Source of the DNA: an uncultured archaeon
Lineage (GTDB): Archaea; Asgardarchaeota; Thorarchaeia; Thorarchaeales; Thorarchaeaceae
Direction: 5' to 3'
NCBI GenBank assembly: GCA_964354495.1
Contig: CAYHAA010000006.1
Coordinates: 60,001-92,000, forward strand
Length of the DNA: 32,000 bases
The notes beneath the pieces were generated by a model. The model was not told the DNA's origin. It ran no database searches and saw only the letters and a list, made by a program, of their open reading frames with translations. Below, piece after piece: positions 25,574 to 32,000 of this stretch; the stretch's first letter is position 1, and each line of letters starts with the position of its first letter. The position numbers and the translations under genes were made by a program.

Positions 25574-27841
25574 TTGGTAACATCAACTGAGGGGAATGAC
25601 ACGGTGCGACTAGAGGAGCTCGACATCAACAAGAAGGTGATAAGCCATCTACAGAGTCTTGGTATAGTCGATCTCTTTCCCCCTCAGGCAAGTGCCTTTG
25701 AAACAGGAGTCTTGAAAGGCAATAACCTCGTTCTAGCTATCCCCACCAGTTCTGGGAAGACGCTTGTTGCAGAAGTGTGTATGTTGAAAGCGATTCTCGA
25801 CGGTCGCGGCAAGGCTCTCTATCTTGTTCCTTTGAAATCTCTCGCGCGGGAGAAGTATGATGACTTCAAGAAGTATGAAAAACTGGGCATTTCTGTTGCA
25901 ATGTCTGTTGGTGACTATGATTCTCCAGGCACAAGACTACGTGAGGCGGATATCATTATACTGACAACAGAGCGAGCTGATTCCATTGTTCGACATAAGC
26001 CTGATTGGATTGACGAGATTGGAATAGTGGTAGTTGATGAGATACACCTTGTAAATGACTCTTCACGAGGTCCAACTCTTGAGATGGTCCTTGCCAAACT
26101 GATTCAGATGGTACAAGCCCAAATCATTGCGCTTAGTGCTACAATTTCCAATGCTGATGAGATTGCCAATTGGCTAAATGCAGAACTTGTCAAGAGTACA
26201 TGGAGACCGGTACCACTTAGCGAGGGAGTCTATCTTGATGGCGAGATTGATTTCTTTGAGGGTGACAGGTACGAAAAGAGATCGACAAGGCAGGTTCCAC
26301 GTAAGTACAAGGACGAAATCGTCGATATGGTGTGCGATACATTGGATGAAAACGGGCAAGTACTCCTCTTCGTATCAAGTCGGAAATCCACAGTCACCGT
26401 GGCAAAGCGAATTGGTCCCTCGATCAGGAAATATCTCTCCAGTGATTCGATGAACGACTTGCTGCGTATCGCCAAGAAGATTGGGGGCACCCCCTCATCC
26501 CCGGAGGAGTCAAAGACTCTTGCAAAGCTCGTTGCTGAAGGGATAGCATTCCACCATGCTGGGCTCGACAATCAAGAGCGTGCACTTGTGGAGGATGCAT
26601 TCAAAGGCAATTTGCTGAAGGTTGTGGTCGCTACGCCCACGCTTGCAGCTGGCGTGAACCTCCCTGCTAGACGTGTAATCATTCGAGACTACAGGCGATT
26701 TGAAGAAAGCCTTGGCAACTATCCAATACCAATCCTAGAATACAAACAGATGGCAGGGCGCGCAGGAAGACCCAAGTATGATAAGTATGGTGAAGCTGTT
26801 CTCTTTGCAAGAACAGAATCGGAGAAAGAAGCACTAATCGAGCATTATACACTATCAGAACCCGAAGGAATCTACTCCAAGCTTGCTTCACCCACCGCGA
26901 TTAGATCGCACCTTCTTGCTTCAATAGCTGCGGAATTGACTTGTACGAACGAAGAGATTGATGGACTGATTTCAAATACGTTCTATGCGTATCAGAACGA
27001 TCAGAGGAAGATTGCACACCACGTTGCTTCGGCCATAGCCTTTCTAGAAGATGGAAAACTGATTGAAACTTCGTCTACAGGTCAGTATTCAGCTACTCTG
27101 CTTGGAAAAAGGGTATCACAACTCTACATTGACCCTCAAACTGCTATCATGTTTCGAGATATATTAGCACAGGTCGATGAACACACTCAACTGGGCATAC
27201 TACATATGATATGCCACTCACCAGACCAACCCGTGGCATATGTCACGAGGTCAGAGCTTGAAGAACATGAAGTCTTTGTTGACGACCATTCAAAGGAATT
27301 CCTAATTGAACCTCCTGATATTGAAGATGAGAACTATGCAGGCTTCCTAGGGGAGGTCAAGACAGCTCGTTTACTAGAAGAATGGATTTCAGAATCCACA
27401 GAGAAAGATATCACAGAGAAATTTGGAGTAGGTATGGGTGATGTTCACAGATATGTGCAGTCTGCAGAATGGTTGGTTCATGCAGCAGCAGAGATTGCCA
27501 GAATCACAAACAGATCAAGTCACATTCCATCATTGCATAGTCTTCATTCTCGCCTCAAATACGGTGTACGTTCCGATATCTTAGAGCTCGTCAGCCTCAG
27601 AGGCATTGGACGAATTCGCGGAAGAATGCTTCATAATCACGGCCTGAGAAGTCTCTCTGATTTATACCATGTACCTATCGATGAGCTAGCAAGAATCCCA
27701 ACTATTGGCAGAGCGATAGCGGAATCGGTCAAGAAACAGCTTGGCGTTGATGTGAAGTCATTCCAATCTCTCATAGATGAATCAAAAGATGATGAGGATC
27801 TGGGATCAATGCAGACACTACTTGATGACTTTACTCAGTAA
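25574..27841 (+). CDS. hel308: Ski2-like DEAD/DEAH helicase Hel308/Hjm
   Basis: PTSSGKT, VDEIH, LSAT, FHHAGL, TPTLAAGVNLP, QMAGRAGRP and C-terminal HhH repeats. Confidence 0.96.
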   Translation: MVTSTEGNDTVRLEELDINKKVISHLQSLGIVDLFPPQASAFETGVLKGNNLVLAIPTSSGKTLVAEVCMLKAILDGRGKALYLVPLKSLAREKYDDFKKYEKLGISVAMSVGDYDSPGTRLREADIIILTTERADSIVRHKPDWIDEIGIVVVDEIHLVNDSSRGPTLEMVLAKLIQMVQAQIIALSATISNADEIANWLNAELVKSTWRPVPLSEGVYLDGEIDFFEGDRYEKRSTRQVPRKYKDEIVDMVCDTLDENGQVLLFVSSRKSTVTVAKRIGPSIRKYLSSDSMNDLLRIAKKIGGTPSSPEESKTLAKLVAEGIAFHHAGLDNQERALVEDAFKGNLLKVVVATPTLAAGVNLPARRVIIRDYRRFEESLGNYPIPILEYKQMAGRAGRPKYDKYGEAVLFARTESEKEALIEHYTLSEPEGIYSKLASPTAIRSHLLASIAAELTCTNEEIDGLISNTFYAYQNDQRKIAHHVASAIAFLEDGKLIETSSTGQYSATLLGKRVSQLYIDPQTAIMFRDILAQVDEHTQLGILHMICHSPDQPVAYVTRSELEEHEVFVDDHSKEFLIEPPDIEDENYAGFLGEVKTARLLEEWISESTEKDITEKFGVGMGDVHRYVQSAEWLVHAAAEIARITNRSSHIPSLHSLHSRLKYGVRSDILELVSLRGIGRIRGRMLHNHGLRSLSDLYHVPIDELARIPTIGRAIAESVKKQLGVDVKSFQSLIDESKDDEDLGSMQTLLDDFTQ

Positions 27842-28882
27842 TGGTGCAGTCTTGAGAATCTTATCAATCAGAGTCTTCGTGTAGCGCGTGCATGCATCAT
27901 TCTCTGTATATGTATCACTGAATTCTGTAACTGGGACGCCCATCAATTCCTCAATTACATTCAATGATCCCATGCCCATTGCACCAAGATTGTAGCCGCC
28001 CTCAAGGAAATAGGCCAGTCTTCCAGAAGCATGGGTTTCTGCAATCCCCTTTAGACATGCATTCATTTTTGCAATGCCTGATGTTGTCAAACCCAGTGAG
28101 GTCAGGGAGTCCTGGTGATGACAATCAAAGCCAGCTGATACGAGGACGAACTCTGGTCTGAACACTTCTGCAAGGGGTTCGATTACATTTGTGAAAGCCA
28201 AATCATATGATGTGTTTCCAGCTCCTGGATACATGGGTAGATTTACTGTGTAGCCAAGACCTGCCCCTTTTCCCATCTCGTCAGGGAAACCTGAACCTGG
28301 GAACAGAGTTCTTCCGTCTTGATGCAGACTGACATACAACACACGATTCGAAGAGTAGAACGCGCTCTGAGTACCATTTCCATGATGCGCATCATAATCA
28401 ACTATCATGACATGATTGAGCCCACATTTCTTCACCAGATGGCTCGCAGCCACTGCAATGTTGTTGATGAAACAAAAACCAAATGCTCGTTCAAATTCGG
28501 CATGATGGCCGGGCGGCCTGCATAATACAAATGCATTGCTCGATTTTCCAGCCATGATTCTGTCCACGGCATCAATGCCGCCTCCAGCCGCTAGCACTGC
28601 TGCCTCATATGTGTACGCATTGACCTCAGTGTCAAGTGTATAGAAACCTCCTCCTCTTGATGACTTCTCTCGGATACCGTCTATGTATGCCTTTCCATGA
28701 ATCTGAAAAACCTCTTCTAAGTCTGCAGGCATCGGCGTCAGGAGATTCAAATTAGGGTCCTCAAGATGACCTGCCCTCTTGATGTACATCATAGCACTTT
28801 TTAATCTAACAGGACTCTCGGGGTGTCCCTTTGACATCTCATGCTTGGTAAAGGTTTCATGATATACAAGATCGGTGACCAA
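27818..28882 (-). CDS. Histone deacetylase superfamily protein (AcuC/AphA-like)
   Basis: HPESPVRL, RPPGHHA, GFCFINN, DYDAHHGNGT, SAGFD and LEGGY. Confidence 0.95.
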   Translation of the reverse strand: MVTDLVYHETFTKHEMSKGHPESPVRLKSAMMYIKRAGHLEDPNLNLLTPMPADLEEVFQIHGKAYIDGIREKSSRGGGFYTLDTEVNAYTYEAAVLAAGGGIDAVDRIMAGKSSNAFVLCRPPGHHAEFERAFGFCFINNIAVAASHLVKKCGLNHVMIVDYDAHHGNGTQSAFYSSNRVLYVSLHQDGRTLFPGSGFPDEMGKGAGLGYTVNLPMYPGAGNTSYDLAFTNVIEPLAEVFRPEFVLVSAGFDCHHQDSLTSLGLTTSGIAKMNACLKGIAETHASGRLAYFLEGGYNLGAMGMGSLNVIEELMGVPVTEFSDTYTENDACTRYTKTLIDKILKTAPLLSKVIK

Positions 28883-28967
28883 TCATATGCCTCTCCTATG
28901 CCGTGCCAGATATGTACAGAGTGTTCATTATTACCTGATAAGTTTGAAGTATTCAAGGGGGTATTGG

Positions 28968-28979
28968 GAACACGTGTTC
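28968..28979. repeat. 12-bp perfect palindrome GAACACGTGTTC
   Basis: Read directly, in the divergent HDAC / tRNA-Pro intergenic region. Confidence 0.85.
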
Positions 28980-29004
28980 AAAATATATGTGCTCTGAGGC
29001 AATC

Positions 29005-29012
29005 TTTATTTT
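29005..29012 (+). promoter_or_regulatory. Putative TATA box for tRNA-Pro
   Basis: TTTATTTT about 28 nt upstream of the tRNA 5' end. Confidence 0.5.
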
Positions 29013-29039
29013 GAATTTAGATACCGACTTCGCTAGCAC

Positions 29040-29176
29040 GGGTCGGTAGTCTAGCTTGGTATGATTCTTGCTTGGGGCGATTGAGGAATTCGCGCCTCAA
29101 GTCACAGAATGCAAGAGACCGGGAGTTCAAACGACTCGGGAAGTCCCTGTCGGAACAAGTCTCCCCCGGCCCACCA
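29040..29176 (+). tRNA. tRNA-Pro(GGG) with two introns: 37/38 (29078-29109, 32 nt) and 58/59 (29131-29158, 28 nt); CCA encoded
   Basis: Spliced 77-nt cloverleaf: GGGTCGG/CCGGCCC acceptor, CTTGC-TTGGGGT-GCAAG anticodon arm, GGGAG-TTCAAGT-CTCCC T arm. BHB structures form at both junctions. Confidence 0.93.
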
Positions 29177-29194
29177 CTTCTCTTCGTAATCTGC

Positions 29195-29755
29195 CTACTC
29201 GACCATCCATAGAGTTTCGTAAATTGGTCCTGAAGATGTCAAGGTGCTCTTTTTCATACTGAGGGACTTCACTGTCATATTCCCTATTGGTTTGTCTGCC
29301 AGTTCCTCAAGATTTCGGACAAGTATGTTAGGATCCTTGACATTTCGAACTCGTGCGATAGTCGCATGAGGTGTGAACTTCTCCCTTTCCATCTTATACC
29401 CGATTTCTGTGAGGAGCTCGTCGGCCTTCAACTTCAAATCAACAATTTTCTGTGAGTTCTCGGTCACGCCTATCCAAATCACTCTTGGCCTTCGTCTATT
29501 GGGAAAGGCGCCGACTCCTTGTATCTTTATCTCAAAGGGAGCAATCTTGATTCGCCCCAAGCAATCTCTCATCTCTTCGATTTTTCCAGTTGGTGTGTCC
29601 CCAAAGAAGCGAATAGTGAAATGTATGTTATTCGTTTCAACTATCTTCATCTTTGCACCCTCTGGATTCAGCTGGTGCTGAATTTGACTAATGCGAGATA
29701 TTAACGCCTGGTCTTCGATAGCAATACTGAGAAATGCTCTGACAACAGTGCTCAT
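29195..29755 (-). CDS. thpR: RNA 2',3'-cyclic phosphodiesterase (2H phosphoesterase, LigT/ThpR)
   Basis: RAFLSI, HFT and HAT 2H motifs, GAFP..PRVIW. Start set at the ATG 29755 behind a GGTGA SD. Confidence 0.93.
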   Translation of the reverse strand: MSTVVRAFLSIAIEDQALISRISQIQHQLNPEGAKMKIVETNNIHFTIRFFGDTPTGKIEEMRDCLGRIKIAPFEIKIQGVGAFPNRRRPRVIWIGVTENSQKIVDLKLKADELLTEIGYKMEREKFTPHATIARVRNVKDPNILVRNLEELADKPIGNMTVKSLSMKKSTLTSSGPIYETLWMVE

Positions 29756-29860
29756 AGAGTTCACCAATTTGCCTTCATTCGGCATGCCGTGCTGCCAATA
29801 TTACCATAGCGCTGGGACGGCTTAAAGATAACCCTTAAAGGACAACCATCGAACGAACTC

Positions 29861-31006
29861 ATGGAGGCAATCGAAAAGTTGACGAAACGAAAAGACTCCA
29901 CCATAGAAGTGCCTTCTACCTCCAAAGAGAGTGCCCAGAAATCAACAAGAAAACGGGGAGTTGAAGTTCCTAGTTCACGTAAGTTGGTCCTACGGGACAT
30001 AGGTTACCCCTTTCGTGCGAAGGGCGATCCAAAACCTATGGGTCTAGAGATAGACAGTCTGGAGTTATTCGCAGACTATGCGAGAGAACAATGGATGGGA
30101 ACGTATGTACAGCAAGGTACCTATCTATTTGACAGGTATATCATGCCAGACTATGCTTTTCAAGTCCTAGAAGTGGAGCCTGAAGAGTCAGTCGTTTCGA
30201 AGAAGACAGAGATTCTTCTAACGCCATCTGGTGCAACGGCGGATGTCAGAGCTCGTCCAGTCACCTTTGAGGAAGTAATAGGCCATGAACCGGTGAAACA
30301 GAAGTGCAAGATAATCCTTGAATATCTCCGCCACCCATCAAAGTTCGGTGAATGGGCACCTCGCGCAGTGCTATTTCATGGATTACCTGGCACAGGGAAG
30401 ACCATGACCGCTCAGGCTCTCGCGAATGAGGCAGATGCGAGGATATTCCTAGCAAAGGCTTCAGACCTAATTGGCGTCCATGTAGGAGACGGTGGAAGAA
30501 GAATAAGTGCGTTGTTCGAAGATGCACGTAAGAGCTCCCCGAGTATCATATTCATTGACGAGCTTGATGCTATTGGTCTGGCTCGTTCATTCCAGTCTAT
30601 TCGCGGGGATGTTTCAGAGGTTGTGACTGCACTGCTCGGGGAATTAGATCTGACAACTGAAGAGTCTGGAGTTGTGGTAATCGGCGCAACTAATGCACTG
30701 CCTCTCATCGATCCCGCAATCAAGAACAGGTTCGACACCGTCTTCGAATTCTCTCTTCCCACACTAGAGGAGCGGCACAGTATCCTTCGGCTGTACGCAG
30801 GACGTCTGCCGATTAACCTAGAGGCCGACTTATATGAAATTGCGAGAAAGACCGAGGGACTATCTGGCAGGGACCTTCGAGACCGTATACTAAAAGAGTC
30901 GCTACATACTGCAATCACTGAGGGATCTGCAACCATAACCTCTGAAATCATTCATAGGGTACTTGACAGATTGCAGTTTAGGGACAGACCCATCTACACA
31001 ATATAA
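29861..31006 (+). CDS. AAA+ ATPase, COG1223-type
   Basis: AREQWMG..YLFD N-domain, WAPRAVLFHGLPGTGKT, IFIDELDAIGL..FQSIRGDV and RF/SRH. Confidence 0.88.
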   Translation: MEAIEKLTKRKDSTIEVPSTSKESAQKSTRKRGVEVPSSRKLVLRDIGYPFRAKGDPKPMGLEIDSLELFADYAREQWMGTYVQQGTYLFDRYIMPDYAFQVLEVEPEESVVSKKTEILLTPSGATADVRARPVTFEEVIGHEPVKQKCKIILEYLRHPSKFGEWAPRAVLFHGLPGTGKTMTAQALANEADARIFLAKASDLIGVHVGDGGRRISALFEDARKSSPSIIFIDELDAIGLARSFQSIRGDVSEVVTALLGELDLTTEESGVVVIGATNALPLIDPAIKNRFDTVFEFSLPTLEERHSILRLYAGRLPINLEADLYEIARKTEGLSGRDLRDRILKESLHTAITEGSATITSEIIHRVLDRLQFRDRPIYTI

Positions 31007-31027
31007 TCAATCTAAGAATAATGGTGA

Positions 31028-31576
31028 ATGAATGCCTTGAGAATAATAATCGTCACTGGTATGCCTGGCGCAGGCAAGAGCGAGGTAGCTCAGGCATTTC
31101 ATGACATTGGTGTTCCTGTCATAGTCATGGGCGACGTTGTGCGTGAGGAAACTCGAAAGAGGGGGTTGGATGCCAATCCAGCGAACACCCGAAGGGTCAT
31201 GCTTGATCTGCGGAAGATTGATGGCCCTGGTGCAATAGCTCAGCATTGCCTAGATCGTCTTCGTGCACTTGAGTCAGATACTATTGTTATCGAAGGCTGC
31301 AGAAGTGTTGCCGAAATCGATGTTTTCGATGACTATGCAGATGAGGTGGTCACAGTCTGCGTTCACTCATCTCCGAAGATACGATACGCTCGCCTATGTG
31401 ACCGAGATCGTACTGACGCCCCCTCAACATGGGAGGTTTTCAGAGAGCGCGATATGAGAGAGATCTCCGTAGGTCTGGGGGGCGTAATTGCCCTCAGTGA
31501 TATCATGTTGATAAATGAGGGCACACTCGAGGATTTGCATACATTATCAAAGGAATTAGCAGCGAAGATGACCTGA
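31028..31576 (+). CDS. UPF0200 dephospho-CoA kinase-like P-loop protein
   Basis: IIIVTGMPGAGKS, MGDVVREE, IEGCRS, RD.RE...GLG..IALSD. The true start may be the TTG at 31037. Confidence 0.85.
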   Translation: MNALRIIIVTGMPGAGKSEVAQAFHDIGVPVIVMGDVVREETRKRGLDANPANTRRVMLDLRKIDGPGAIAQHCLDRLRALESDTIVIEGCRSVAEIDVFDDYADEVVTVCVHSSPKIRYARLCDRDRTDAPSTWEVFRERDMREISVGLGGVIALSDIMLINEGTLEDLHTLSKELAAKMT

Positions 31577-31577
31577 T

Positions 31578-32000
31578 ATGGAAATCACCATCCGATGTCC
31601 AGTTCATCCGACCGAAGATACTGAGATAGTAAAGAAAGCGGTAGAAGCCCATCTGGGTAACATCCCACTGGAGATAGTCGAGCACAATCAAATCCTAGAG
31701 ATGACCTCCACAAATACTGATCGAGATTGTCTCTCATTAGTGAGGCAGTCTATCCATGAGAAGCGGATACTTGCAGTAGTCCGCACAAGGCTCTTGAAGA
31801 ACTTCAACGATTCTGAATATACAACGAGTATGCATCTTGACAAACAAGCAGCATCTGTTGGGAAATTCCGATTGATAGACAATGATGATGAGAATCCTCC
31901 CTTAGGTTCTATTGAGATTCACCTTCTCTTCACAAGCATGCCTCTGTTTCAAGAATTCCTTGATTGGTTCTGTCCAAGAACTAAGGACGGGAAAGTGATT
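31578..32000 (+). CDS. UPF0201/DUF54 RNA-binding protein, truncated by the window end
   Basis: Not in the supplied ORF track; hand-translated MEITIRCPVHPTED..VKKAV...LDKQAASVG..PPLGSI..DWFCPRTKDGKVI, open to the window edge. Confidence 0.85.
   Translation, partial: MEITIRCPVHPTEDTEIVKKAVEAHLGNIPLEIVEHNQILEMTSTNTDRDCLSLVRQSIHEKRILAVVRTRLLKNFNDSEYTTSMHLDKQAASVGKFRLIDNDDENPPLGSIEIHLLFTSMPLFQEFLDWFCPRTKDGKVI

Noticed and set aside
2237-31882. Many 60-180 aa ORFs antisense to or nested in well-supported genes or tRNAs (e.g. 4123-4509, 8993-9367, 17735-18004, 30412-30951)
   Set aside because: These are shadow ORFs with no recognisable motifs or SDs.
1-32000. CRISPR arrays, IS elements, integrases, inteins and rRNA
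   Set aside because: No regularly spaced repeats, transposase/integrase motifs or rRNA signatures were seen. MCM and RFC have normal lengths with no intein motifs.

Overview
This is a gene-dense archaeal chromosome segment. Rpo8, a Gins23-MCM pair, an Orc1-2-type Cdc6, GGTGA-like Shine-Dalgarno motifs and BHB tRNA introns point to TACK/Asgard. The sequence style suggests Thorarchaeia, but that assignment is an unverified inference. The right half is mostly housekeeping: a replication cluster (cdc6, HTH, truA, rfcL, rfcS, gins23, mcm, hel308), an HDAC-family protein, ThpR, a COG1223 AAA ATPase and UPF0200/UPF0201. The left half mixes housekeeping genes (glmS, rps10, ipk, rpo8, 2-oxoacid oxidoreductase alpha) with several cell-surface or DNA-transfer-like genes. 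These are a VirB2-like small membrane protein, a 1266-aa membrane-anchored HerA/VirB4-like ATPase, a Flp-like pilin, a TadA/VirB11-like ATPase, a divergent TFB and two Ig-like glycoproteins. There are three tRNAs: Glu(CUC) with a 10/11 intron, Gly(CCC) with no intron, and Pro(GGG) with introns at 37/38 and 58/59. The best leads are: (1) a possible chromosomal pilus/DNA-exchange module with Orc1-2-like and TFB-paralog regulators, resembling the Sulfolobales Orc1-2/TFB3/ups/ced circuit; (2) a SufS-fold protein that has lost its PLP lysine and other cofactor/substrate residues but keeps the persulfide Cys; (3) a tRNA-Glu whose intron sequesters the acceptor strand, with a spare copy of that strand in the leader; (4) a structured leader upstream of the pilin; (5) a 241-bp convergent gene overlap. 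No CRISPR array, transposase or integrase was seen.
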